A stretch of DNA of 64,000 nucleotides from an uncultured virus (IMG/VR IMGVR_UViG_3300044617_000645) (Duplodnaviria; Heunggongvirae; Uroviricota; Caudoviricetes), in the IMG/VR virus record IMGVR_UViG_3300044617_000645. One strand, 5' to 3'. The position numbers and the translations under genes were made by a program. Each line of letters begins with the position of its first letter. Within the stretch, counting starts at the first letter, position 1. Shown here in pieces: positions 52,263 to 61,449 of the stretch. The notes under the pieces are model-generated. The model worked only from the letters and a program-made list of their open reading frames with translations, had not been told where the DNA came from and searched no databases.

Positions 52263-53720
52263 TTATAGTCCCAAATATGCTTTCTTTTTTGCTATGTATA
52301 TCTGTTTAAGTTGGGCACTCACGTTATACGCTTGGTTTCTCAATTGTTCGTATATGATTTTTTTGCCGGGTCTCAACAATCCTAGTGAACGGAATCCAGC
52401 ATACTCAAAATGATTCATCAATAGAATTCTCTGCCCTATGCTTTCATATAATTCACTTACGAAAGTTTGTGCTTGTTTATAATCTATCCAATCACTATTC
52501 CAATCTAAAGTATTAGTTTCTTTATCTCCGTGCAAAGATGTTATGGGAATTCTTTTAGTTTTAAAACCGTATTTTTCTGGTTCTTTATCTAAGTCACTTA
52601 AAAAATAACTATCGGTTAAACTATTAGAACTAGTGATGACTAAAGGATATACTTGCAAGCCCCATAACAATTTTTCATCAATGACACGTTCGATGCTATC
52701 AACAATAGACTGTTTATTGTCTCCTTCTAATCCTACAATTAAACTACCGATAGTATACGTATCAGGACAGCGTTTCTTGATCTCACGTAGTGTTTCAAAG
52801 TTATCAATCAAGCCGGTACGTTTGCGCATAGTCTTACTAACATCAGGATTGAAACTCTCTATACCAAAAAACAATGCGGAGAACTGTATCTTTTCAATAA
52901 GGTCTAATTGATGTTTGCGCTTACTAAACAAATCCAGTCTAGCAAAACTTGTTATCTTAGGACTATAATCAAGGCCCTCCATAGCCTCTACTATGATCTC
53001 TAGTTTCTGATCGCTCTCGTTGATAGTATCATCGCTAGTATAAAAATTAGTGATTCCGTATTTTTTATATGCGACTTCAAAATAATGATGTAACTCTTTA
53101 GGGTCTAGAAACTTAGTGATCTTGGCGTTACGTAATTCATAGTTACAGAAAGTACAATTAAATTTGCAACCTACACCGATCTCAAAACCTAATATATCCC
53201 TATTTAAAAAGCAATTGTCTTCATCGTCTATGTTAGGTAATACGGGCTCATCGATTACTTGATCAAAATCATGATTCAGTAAAACTAGAGGTGAATTGTG
53301 AACGATATACTTAGACAAATCCTTATTAGTCACCCAAGCATCAAACATCTCCATGCTTCTTCCTAAGAAGAAGACTTCGATAAGATCATCTAATGTCTTT
53401 TGAAAAGTTCTGCTGCCGCCGTGAATTATTTTAAGTTTGGGGTATCTTGCTTTAGCATCCCTCAAGAAAGATTCAATCTTATACAAGTCACGATTATCAA
53501 AAGGTGTTGATACTGCTATGACTGGTTCGTCCGTGTCTTTGAAGTATGCGCCTGCAGCCGCAATTAGATCATCTATCTTCCAATGAGTGAACCACTCAAG
53601 TATAGTAGCATCATGACCGTGCCTTTTTGCACGTTTCTTTAACTCAAAGGCACCCAGGCCCCTGTAATGCAGGTAGGGCCAAGCGCCATTGCTGTTCTCG
53701 CATAATATCAGGAATTTCAT
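52263..53720 (-). CDS. Radical SAM protein with N-terminal B12-binding-like domain
   Basis: GCKFNCTFC, DDT.N, FFGIES, GG in the N-terminal Rossmann-like domain. Confidence 0.82.
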   Translation of the reverse strand: MKFLILCENSNGAWPYLHYRGLGAFELKKRAKRHGHDATILEWFTHWKIDDLIAAAGAYFKDTDEPVIAVSTPFDNRDLYKIESFLRDAKARYPKLKIIHGGSRTFQKTLDDLIEVFFLGRSMEMFDAWVTNKDLSKYIVHNSPLVLLNHDFDQVIDEPVLPNIDDEDNCFLNRDILGFEIGVGCKFNCTFCNYELRNAKITKFLDPKELHHYFEVAYKKYGITNFYTSDDTINESDQKLEIIVEAMEGLDYSPKITSFARLDLFSKRKHQLDLIEKIQFSALFFGIESFNPDVSKTMRKRTGLIDNFETLREIKKRCPDTYTIGSLIVGLEGDNKQSIVDSIERVIDEKLLWGLQVYPLVITSSNSLTDSYFLSDLDKEPEKYGFKTKRIPITSLHGDKETNTLDWNSDWIDYKQAQTFVSELYESIGQRILLMNHFEYAGFRSLGLLRPGKKIIYEQLRNQAYNVSAQLKQIYIAKKKAYLGL

Positions 53721-53729
53721 TAACTATAT

Positions 53730-54323
53730 TTACACGACCCTCTTGTCGAGAATCTTATCAGCAAGGCCGTATTCCAATGCCTGCTGTGCGCTCATGAAAA
53801 AGTCACGCTCCATGTCTTTAGCAAGTTCTTCATATGTCTTGCCTTTGCTATTATGCTTGACGTAGATGTTGGTTAGATTCTTTTTCATCTCAAGGATTTC
53901 CTTGACTTGAATCTCCATGTCAGTTGCTTGACCACGTGCGCCGCCACTTGGTTGATGAATCATGTGACGGGCATTAGGTAGAATCATTCGCTTACTTGCG
54001 GCACCTGCTTGTGCAAGCAAACTACCCATGCTACAAGCCTGTCCCATGACGATAGTTGAAACGTCTGGTTGAATGAATTGCATAGCATCATAGATAGCCA
54101 TACCAGCAGTCACGCTACCACCTGGACTATTGATGTAAAGGCTGATATCTTTTTCAGGATTTTCTGATTCAAGATAAAGTAATTGGGCAACGATAAGATT
54201 TGCCATCTGATCGTGGACCTCACCCTCAAGTAAGATCACACGATCACGTAATAGACGGCTATAGATATCGTAACTACGCTCACCGCGGCTTGTCTGCTCA
54301 AGGACTATTGGAACTAAACTCAT
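53730..54323 (-). CDS. clpP: ATP-dependent Clp protease proteolytic subunit
   Basis: [27 protein letters not shown]. Confidence 0.97.
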   Translation of the reverse strand: MSLVPIVLEQTSRGERSYDIYSRLLRDRVILLEGEVHDQMANLIVAQLLYLESENPEKDISLYINSPGGSVTAGMAIYDAMQFIQPDVSTIVMGQACSMGSLLAQAGAASKRMILPNARHMIHQPSGGARGQATDMEIQVKEILEMKKNLTNIYVKHNSKGKTYEELAKDMERDFFMSAQQALEYGLADKILDKRVV

Positions 54324-54385
54324 ATATTCTCCTGTAATTGATAGTTATAATAAACTATCTAGCAGACAAAATCAAATGAAACGGA

Positions 54386-54616
54386 TTACTTTGCTAATTT
54401 AAAATTAGGAAACTGACCAATTTCTTTGCTGATTACTGTACTGATCTCAGCGCCGGTCTTTACTACTTGCTTGGCAAAGTTTGTCTGTGCATCGACAAAA
54501 CCATTCATGGCTTCAGCAATCTTCTCGTCTTTAACGAATTGCTTTACCCATTCTTTCTTTGCACCTTGGACCATACTAATACCTAAATTTGCGTTATCTG
54601 ATAACATTGTAAACAT
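54386..54616 (-). CDS. Small amphipathic helical protein, phasin-like
   Basis: AAGGA RBS at the corrected start; 76 aa, A/Q/K-rich helix FVDAQTNFAKQVVK. Confidence 0.5.
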   Translation of the reverse strand: MFTMLSDNANLGISMVQGAKKEWVKQFVKDEKIAEAMNGFVDAQTNFAKQVVKTGAEISTVISKEIGQFPNFKLAK

Positions 54617-54617
54617 T

Positions 54618-54758
54618 TTATTTCCTTTTTTGAGTTTGATTATAAGCCACGAGTTCGCGGGCTTGTTCAGCATAGCCACGATTATAAAGAATATGTGCGG
54701 CTCTTGCTGTAGCGAATACTTCATACCACTCCATAAAGGAGTTCCATAACTTTCTCAT
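54618..54758 (-). CDS. Small protein (46 aa, MRKLWNSFMEWYEVFATARAAHILYNRG...), absent from ORF track
   Basis: AAGGA RBS, ends 1 nt before the next ATG. Confidence 0.7.
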   Translation of the reverse strand: MRKLWNSFMEWYEVFATARAAHILYNRGYAEQARELVAYNQTQKRK

Positions 54759-54806
54759 GATAATCCTTTCATATGGAAGTTAGTGTGAGAAGAACATCTC
54801 ACAGTG

Positions 54807-54827
54807 TATTTATGCTGCGGCGCAACA
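54807..54827 (-). promoter_or_regulatory. Late promoter TAAATA abutted by a PhaR-box-like site
   Basis: Minus strand TGTTGCGCCGCAGCA-TAAATA. Confidence 0.55.
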
Positions 54828-54838
54828 ATTTGAAATTT

Positions 54839-56251
54839 TTAGTCTGTGACTTTGAAAGAAAGAGCCTGGCTCATGTCAGCCGTGCTTAGTTTAGTATATA
54901 GTGACACATTACCGTCAACTTTACCTGGCCACAACACTTTGAATACAAGTTTGCCGCCAACAACTCTAGTGAAAATTTGCATGAAGTTTTCATCTAGTAG
55001 TTCAAGAACCGTTTCTCTGAAGCCCGGAATCAATCCATCGTTGATGATTTTTACTAATTCTTTGGTCATGAAATATACGACACTGCCGCCCGCTGTGCCT
55101 TTGCCCGGCTTCATAAAAGGTTCTTGTGTGAATTTTTTGAACTTGGCAGGGATAGGAGTAGTACCCTTCATCTTTATATTGGCGAGTACTTTGTCTACGT
55201 CATCGTTGCTGAACGGCATTAGTTTTCTTAGATAGTCAGGTATAGCATCTGGATAATGTTGTGATACCCAGTTCAAGCCCACGAATCCTTGTTTCACAGT
55301 AGAAGTAGAATTCATAGTACTGATGAAATCAAGACCGTTGCCGGGCTTAATCTTTCCCTTACGTTTTTCAACACTTGACTTTAATCCACTCATTGCTGGA
55401 GCGGCACCGGTCGCAGTCTTACCTACGCCACCTTTACTACTGATCATGATAGTATGACCAGTCTGTGCGTTCTGTACGCCGTAACTGTCTGCGAGACTTG
55501 CGTTCTGCTCACCGGGGAAGATCAATAATAAATTATCTAAATTCTGAGACTTCAAGAATTTTAAGAATGCTTCCTTCTTGGGGAACTCTGCAACGTCTTT
55601 GACCATTGCCAATATGCCTAGATACTCGCCAGCATCGATAGCCATAGTCTTTTGTGTTCGTTCATCATATTGCTTGACCGAAGGATTTTGACCCTCGTTG
55701 ATTTCTTTAGCAGCCTGCTTGATAGCCGCACCCAAATCTCCTGCTTTATCTAATGTAGGGTTGGACATGATCACATCATATAACTTACCTGCAGGGATTT
55801 CTTTATGTGCGTCTAATGCGTCTTGTATCGCTTGGTCTGTGGTTACAACTTCTTTTTTCTTACCCTTGATCGCAGCCTTAGGATTTGTAGCGATGCCGAT
55901 ACCTATAGGCTGTACGTTGACTGATTGTGTCGCTTGACCAGTAGCCTTTTGTAGATCGGCCTTTTCAAATTTTTTAGTAGACATCAAGCCATGATCTTTG
56001 ATTTTTACTTGTATGTCAGGGGCAGCAAACATTGGATTCTTTAAAAGAGCCTGCACAGTTTTTGTGACGACAGGTTCAAGTCTTTCGCCTTCACCTTCTT
56101 CAGGATAATACTCGTTACCTGCTTTATCTACGAAAGGTGTACCTGAGTGCAACTTACTGATAAAGGCGCTGGGTCTCCAAGTCAAATGTCTGGGATCAAA
56201 CAATGCACTGGAATCTAGTGACTTTTCTGTTAAAAATTCTTTTGCTCGCAT
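54839..56251 (-). CDS. Large hypothetical protein, possible PD-(D/E)xK nuclease fold
   Basis: GEYLG...FP...N..LADSY...ISSKGG; N-terminus MRAKEFLTE. Confidence 0.5.
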   Translation of the reverse strand: MRAKEFLTEKSLDSSALFDPRHLTWRPSAFISKLHSGTPFVDKAGNEYYPEEGEGERLEPVVTKTVQALLKNPMFAAPDIQVKIKDHGLMSTKKFEKADLQKATGQATQSVNVQPIGIGIATNPKAAIKGKKKEVVTTDQAIQDALDAHKEIPAGKLYDVIMSNPTLDKAGDLGAAIKQAAKEINEGQNPSVKQYDERTQKTMAIDAGEYLGILAMVKDVAEFPKKEAFLKFLKSQNLDNLLLIFPGEQNASLADSYGVQNAQTGHTIMISSKGGVGKTATGAAPAMSGLKSSVEKRKGKIKPGNGLDFISTMNSTSTVKQGFVGLNWVSQHYPDAIPDYLRKLMPFSNDDVDKVLANIKMKGTTPIPAKFKKFTQEPFMKPGKGTAGGSVVYFMTKELVKIINDGLIPGFRETVLELLDENFMQIFTRVVGGKLVFKVLWPGKVDGNVSLYTKLSTADMSQALSFKVTD

Positions 56252-56270
56252 TATAGTATTTATTCAACTA

Positions 56271-56762
56271 CTAGCATTTGAAAAGTTGTTGTGTCTGGAA
56301 CCATTTGTTATGATCATTAAATGTTTTTAATGGAATACTGTGCTTTTTGAATTTGTCTTTCCATTGATAAAAACTAGGACCATGACTCATGATAGGATCC
56401 AGACCTTTCTTCATACGTCTCTTACTGTAAACATCCCATTGCCATTGATGAACCATCTCATGCGCTAGAGCCATGATTAGCCATTGACGGCAATACCAAC
56501 GCTCAGATAACAAAATGACGCATCTAGACCTGCCCCTATCATACATCGTGTCAGCACCATAGCATTGTCCCCACATTTCCCTTAGTCTGGGTTTTACATG
56601 GATCTTGGGCATACTCAATCTGTCGTTAAATATGCTACTATTAATAAGACGATATAGAGCCTTAGTTTCCCTGATATTGGTGACATAAGACATCTTTCTT
56701 TGATATGTCAGAGTAGGGAGTTCTTGGGACATTAAATCTTTCAGGGTAACATTATGATACAT
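56271..56762 (-). CDS. SprT-like zinc metalloprotease
   Basis: N..IF..L, LAHEMVH.WQ, HGPSF..W. Confidence 0.82.
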   Translation of the reverse strand: MYHNVTLKDLMSQELPTLTYQRKMSYVTNIRETKALYRLINSSIFNDRLSMPKIHVKPRLREMWGQCYGADTMYDRGRSRCVILLSERWYCRQWLIMALAHEMVHQWQWDVYSKRRMKKGLDPIMSHGPSFYQWKDKFKKHSIPLKTFNDHNKWFQTQQLFKC

Positions 56763-56788
56763 GTCTCATCTCCTCTTTCATATGATAT

Positions 56789-57031
56789 TTATTTCTTCAA
56801 ACTGTCTATATACTCTTGGTATTCCCGATTGGGGTGATTTGTCAGTCTTTTATGATACAGAAAAATTACGGTTTTAGCAGCCGTTCCGGGAAAAAGACCT
56901 GGAATAAACCCGTGCAACATACTTGCTATACCTGCCCAAATCAGTCTAAACCCGGCTAGAAACGCCCAAATTAAGTGGCTAAAGTAGGTTTCTTTGCTTT
57001 TTTCGAGGTGCTCTCGGCTTTTCTTAAACAT
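56789..57031 (-). CDS. Small hypothetical protein (HL....ETYF.H...A...HG..P.LF)
   Basis: 80-aa ORF with hydrophobic core. Confidence 0.7.
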   Translation of the reverse strand: MFKKSREHLEKSKETYFSHLIWAFLAGFRLIWAGIASMLHGFIPGLFPGTAAKTVIFLYHKRLTNHPNREYQEYIDSLKK

Positions 57032-57098
57032 TGTTATTTTCCCTAAAATATTTATGTGTTATAAAAATAAGTTAAATAAGTTTTTAGGAGAAAAAACA

Positions 57099-57410
57099 AT
57101 GGACGCATTCGTATTAGTATTATTAGTCATCGCTGGTGGTTTAGCCGCACTTTGGTACTTCAATAGAGGTACTAAGGACTTCGATACCAACAAAGATGGC
57201 GCAGTCAATTTTGACGATGCTAAGAAGGCTGTTGAAAATACAGTTCAAGGTGTTAAGGCTGTAGCAGATGTAAACAAAGACGGTACTGTTAATGTTGCTG
57301 ATGCTAAGGAAGTAGTTGCTAAGGCCAGAAAGACGGTAGCCAAGAAGGCCGCCCCTAAGGCTAAGCCTGCTGCCAAGAAGACATCACCTAAACTTAAAGT
57401 AGCAAAATAA
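57099..57410 (+). CDS. Membrane-anchored protein with two DxNxDG loops and a Lys/Ala/Pro-rich tail
   Basis: AGGAG RBS; TM helix; DTNKDGAVNFDD, DVNKDGTVNVAD; AKKAAPKAKPAAKK. Confidence 0.8.
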   Translation: MDAFVLVLLVIAGGLAALWYFNRGTKDFDTNKDGAVNFDDAKKAVENTVQGVKAVADVNKDGTVNVADAKEVVAKARKTVAKKAAPKAKPAAKKTSPKLKVAK

Positions 57411-57417
57411 GACCGAG

Positions 57418-58107
57418 ATGGAGATAGGATTTGATTTAATCGGCGATTTGAATCTAGACCCAGAAGAAAGTTTCAACTGGGAGGGCAAAGCAACCAGCCT
57501 GTATTGCATAGTCGCTGGAAATGTTAGTGATGACTTAAGAACAGTTTTTCAAACTTTAAGTCACCTAAGCAGATTCTATCAAGGTATTTTTTATGTTCCA
57601 GGATTAGAAGAGTACAAGAACAGTACTGACTTCGAAATCAGGACTAAAGAAATTCAAACTTTAGTTAGAAGATTACCTAAGGTTGCGTTGCTATACCATC
57701 ATGTAGTAATTATTGATGGTATAGCAATACTCGGCATCAATGGCTTCAGCGCAGATAATCCTGATGACATTGATATACAATTGATCAAGGCTAGACTTGA
57801 TGATATCGCATATTTGAATAAGAGTGTGGCTAAACTACAAACTCATTTAGATGTGAAGAGCATTCTTGTTGTCACAGCATGTGTTCCTAGCAAGCAATTA
57901 TATTTTGGTAAAGTACCGGAACACGTTGACGATCATATATACCCCGATCATTGCTTTAGTGTTGATACTGAAATGAAAATCACTCATTGGGCCTATGGTG
58001 GCTCAGATACAGTAGCCGAGACTGTATATCAGAGTGTGACCTACATGAATAACCCATATAAAAAGAAAGGGCCATATTGGCCCAAACGTGTTGGAATAGA
58101 GACTTAA
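57418..58107 (+). CDS. Degenerate metallophosphoesterase-fold protein
   Basis: IGDLNL, AGNVS, YVPGLEE, HWAYG, NNP at motif positions. Confidence 0.6.
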   Translation: MEIGFDLIGDLNLDPEESFNWEGKATSLYCIVAGNVSDDLRTVFQTLSHLSRFYQGIFYVPGLEEYKNSTDFEIRTKEIQTLVRRLPKVALLYHHVVIIDGIAILGINGFSADNPDDIDIQLIKARLDDIAYLNKSVAKLQTHLDVKSILVVTACVPSKQLYFGKVPEHVDDHIYPDHCFSVDTEMKITHWAYGGSDTVAETVYQSVTYMNNPYKKKGPYWPKRVGIET

Positions 58108-58419
58108 TTATTTCTCTGCTTCAACTTTGACTTGCAATGGATAGCCCTGTGATCTGGCTTCCAGGGTTACTTCAATACCTTTTTGTTCTGCAATCTCATA
58201 AGGAAGCACAGCAACTACTGCGCTACCGTTATCATGAATATCTTTTGTGATAGTAGTGGCAGTATCTGGATTATAATTGAAATATTCAATCAATGAACCA
58301 ACAACAAATTCCATAGTAGTAACTTCATCATTCATATAGATGATTTTATACATAGGTGGTTCTTGTAGTGCGTGATTGACTTTGATATGTTGTTTTGTTT
58401 CTGGATGTGCGTTTGCCAT
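58108..58419 (-). CDS. clpS: N-degron adaptor ClpS
   Basis: PPMYKI..MND..TTMEFVV, IH..G.AVV, YEIAE.K, YPL. Confidence 0.92.
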   Translation of the reverse strand: MANAHPETKQHIKVNHALQEPPMYKIIYMNDEVTTMEFVVGSLIEYFNYNPDTATTITKDIHDNGSAVVAVLPYEIAEQKGIEVTLEARSQGYPLQVKVEAEK

Positions 58420-58482
58420 TACTTTGTTTCCTTTGTTAAAGTGTTCGCAGCCTGATGACTGCGAACACATGCTACTACTATA

Positions 58483-58929
58483 TTATTTATTGTAGGAAAT
58501 TGCAATCTTCTTGGGTTGCAACTCGTCAGGTACTTGACGTTCAAGGGTGATTCCCATGATACCATTGTTAACAACGGCGTCAGATACTTCTACATGGTCG
58601 GCGAGAGTAAAAGTGCGGGTAAAATTACGGGCACTGATACCACGATATAGATACTCAACATTACTGTCAAGATCCACGCTCTGGCTACCCTCAATAGTAA
58701 GTAGGTTCTTATCCACAGTCACGTTGATATCCCCTTCCTTGAAACCAGCAACGGCCAATTCGATAACAAACTTGTTGTCGCTATGTTTCACAATATTATA
58801 TGGGGGATAGTTTGTGTCTTTTTGCTGATTGGATAGTCTTAGAATTTCATCAAAGACTCCATCAAATCCGACTGCAAACTTGTGAATCGACGGAATGTCG
58901 AAGGAACGTAGTGTTAATGTATTTGTCAT
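58483..58929 (-). CDS. Small heat-shock protein (IbpA-like Hsp20)
   Basis: GFD, NYPPYNI, LAVAGF, YLYRGIS.R.F.R.F.LA. Confidence 0.94.
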   Translation of the reverse strand: MTNTLTLRSFDIPSIHKFAVGFDGVFDEILRLSNQQKDTNYPPYNIVKHSDNKFVIELAVAGFKEGDINVTVDKNLLTIEGSQSVDLDSNVEYLYRGISARNFTRTFTLADHVEVSDAVVNNGIMGITLERQVPDELQPKKIAISYNK

Positions 58930-58992
58930 TTGTTTTCTCCTTTATTAAGCAAGATGACTATTGTAGACCCGACTATCGGCATCTACAACAGT
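58930..58992 (-). promoter_or_regulatory. Structured 5' UTR, ROSE-like RNA thermometer
   Basis: Long 5' hairpin (58957-58992) then UCUUGCU-UAAUAA-AGGAGA pairing over the SD. Confidence 0.65.
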
Positions 58993-59035
58993 ATTTATTA
59001 TAACGTGTTTCGCAATAAATTAAAGTATTTAGGAA

Positions 59036-59257
59036 TTAAAACTTAGACTTAGGGAGATTTTGTTGGTCTATTTGTTTTTTCCAACGTCTTTTGGCTAATT
59101 CTCTAGCGAGTTTCTTTTTGACGCTAGGTTTAGTATATGTCTCTCTATCTTTAAGTTCTAATAGTAAGCCGGACTCCTGCACCTTTTTCTTTAGTTTTCT
59201 TAGTGCTTTTTCTACGTTTCCGTCTTTGACTATTACTTTTCTACCGTATAAATTCAT
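59036..59257 (-). CDS. rpsU: 30S ribosomal protein bS21
   Basis: V.V..GNVEKALRKLKKKV...G...ELK.RE.Y.KPS. Confidence 0.9.
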   Translation of the reverse strand: MNLYGRKVIVKDGNVEKALRKLKKKVQESGLLLELKDRETYTKPSVKKKLARELAKRRWKKQIDQQNLPKSKF

Positions 59258-60471
59258 ATTAATGTCTCAGGATTTTTCACAAGGTCCTGAATAATATTTA
59301 TCTCCGCAACGTCACTTTCCTTGTATCTGCTGATGTTAAACATGTGGGGCATGAGTACTCGTTCTAGTTCGCTTTGTATGCCCCTAGCACCGGTTTTTAA
59401 CTTAAGACAGTTATCAGCCATCTGTTCTATAGCACCCTTGCTAAATTTGAGTTTGATCTTGTCGATGCTGAATAGATATGTATATTGATCAATTAGATTG
59501 TTTTTGACCTTGGTCATGACTTCGACTAACTGTTTCTTATCTAAATCCTCTACAGATATAGAAGTAGCGAATCTACCAACAAATTCAGGTATCAAACCAA
59601 ATCGTGTCAAGTCGTCCGGACTTACTCTATCTAAGAAACTTTCATCAGTATTTGGCTTTACTTCAGCATTGAAGCCTATGCTGGTTCCCTTGATGCGAGA
59701 CTTGACGATATCGTTCAATCCTACAAACGCACCGCCCGCTATGAACAATATGTTCCTAGTATCAATCATATCCATCTTGCCGTCAGGGTGCTTTCTCCCG
59801 CCATTAGCAGGAATACGACAACGTGTTCCTTCTATCAGTTTCAGTAGTGCTTGCTGAACGCCCTCACCACTAACGTCACGGGTGATACTAGTGCTTTCGC
59901 TTTTACGTGCGATCTTGTCAATCTCATCGATGAATATGATTCCACGTTCGGCTAGTTGTATATCTCCACCGGCTTCTTGTAATAACATAGCGATCATGCT
60001 TTCGACATCATCACCTACGTAGCCCGCTTCAGTTAAACTTGTAGCATCGGCTATGACAAAAGGAACACGCAAAAACTTAGCGGCTGTCTTAGCCAATAAG
60101 GTTTTACCGGAACCAGTAGGACCTAGCAACAATACATTACCTTTTTGAATCTCAAGATTATCCGGCGGATGCATGATACGCTTATAATGATTAGCGATAG
60201 CGACAGACAAGGTAACTTTAGCGTTATGTTGCCCGACTACATGCCCATTTAAGTGATCATAAATGTTTAGGGCATCTACATCTCTTAACGCCTCTAACAT
60301 CTGATGTTGTTTCTCATCATCAGGCTTTATGTCTTTACTAACAAGATCGTGGCATAGATACGTGCAATAATCACATATTGCTACCTCACCGGACACAATT
60401 AATTTTTTTCTTTTATCCTTATGGGTACCACAAAAAGAACAGGTTTCTAAATGTTTTTCTTCATCACTCAT
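59254..60471 (-). CDS. clpX: ATP-dependent Clp protease ATPase subunit
   Basis: CSFC...IC..C zinc domain, GPTGSGKT, GYVG, IDEIDK, RKHP, IGF loop, GAR. Confidence 0.96.
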   Translation of the reverse strand: MSDEEKHLETCSFCGTHKDKRKKLIVSGEVAICDYCTYLCHDLVSKDIKPDDEKQHQMLEALRDVDALNIYDHLNGHVVGQHNAKVTLSVAIANHYKRIMHPPDNLEIQKGNVLLLGPTGSGKTLLAKTAAKFLRVPFVIADATSLTEAGYVGDDVESMIAMLLQEAGGDIQLAERGIIFIDEIDKIARKSESTSITRDVSGEGVQQALLKLIEGTRCRIPANGGRKHPDGKMDMIDTRNILFIAGGAFVGLNDIVKSRIKGTSIGFNAEVKPNTDESFLDRVSPDDLTRFGLIPEFVGRFATSISVEDLDKKQLVEVMTKVKNNLIDQYTYLFSIDKIKLKFSKGAIEQMADNCLKLKTGARGIQSELERVLMPHMFNISRYKESDVAEINIIQDLVKNPETLI

Positions 60472-60500
60472 GACTTTACTTAGTGCCTTAAATTGTTATG

Positions 60501-61448
60501 TTATAATTTGCAATCACGTGCCGCAACAACATCTACGTATATATCATATATGACATCTGCAGGTACTGTCAGTTTAATGCGCATGGTTCCTGCATTGCGG
60601 TCATTGCCGAATACAGTTAATCGATTATTTACGCCTATGCTGTAGAATATGCCGCCTGCTCGGTACTCAGGATTATAACAGATATTCAATACTTGTCTGC
60701 CGCGATCATCTCTAGCCTTTACCTTCAGACGCAGTTCGTTTTGGTTTACAAACTTGCTTTTTAGATAATCAAGTCTATGTAAATCATCGATGAAATATTT
60801 ATTGTGCTTACCTAACAATAAATCATTAGGATTTTTAGCAGAAACATTGATCACCCCACGGCCTATAGGAGTCTCTATCTCAGAGAATATCTCATTCATC
60901 GATGTGACAAAATTGTAATTCCATCTGATATCATAGGGTACCATCAGATAGAAGTTTCTATATGAATCTGTTGTAAAGTATGGATTTTTAGTTTGTTGCA
61001 AATTATAGGCACGATAAGGATAATCGCGAAATACTTCATCAATTAATCTATCGCCTTTCTGCTGTTCATGGCGAATAGTATGTACTTGTGCATTGACGAT
61101 ATTACTGTCAAATTGATTTTTAGAATTAGATTTGCTGAACAATCTTTCGGATGTTTTGTTATTGGTCACCGTCACATTGATCTTTATTTGAGTACCAATA
61201 TCCTCTAGTATCTCGTATTTCTCTACACGACAACTACTGTATGAGATTACTTGATCATGAACCGTCTTTCCGTTGAAATGTTCACGGTCGCTTAACACGG
61301 CAGTACCGCATATATTTTCTATGGCAGTACGGAAAGCGTCCTTCTTGGCAGATTCGCGGTCGGCACCATAACCATATACAGTTATAGATTCAGCACCGAC
61401 CGCGATTCCCGCAAATGATAGAAGGATCGCAGTAGCGATCTTCTTCAT
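60501..61448 (-). CDS. Secreted hypothetical protein
   Basis: Signal peptide MKKIATAILLSFAGIAVGA; G.G...E.A..DA...AIE. Confidence 0.75.
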   Translation of the reverse strand: MKKIATAILLSFAGIAVGAESITVYGYGADRESAKKDAFRTAIENICGTAVLSDREHFNGKTVHDQVISYSSCRVEKYEILEDIGTQIKINVTVTNNKTSERLFSKSNSKNQFDSNIVNAQVHTIRHEQQKGDRLIDEVFRDYPYRAYNLQQTKNPYFTTDSYRNFYLMVPYDIRWNYNFVTSMNEIFSEIETPIGRGVINVSAKNPNDLLLGKHNKYFIDDLHRLDYLKSKFVNQNELRLKVKARDDRGRQVLNICYNPEYRAGGIFYSIGVNNRLTVFGNDRNAGTMRIKLTVPADVIYDIYVDVVAARDCKL

Positions 61449-61449
61449 A

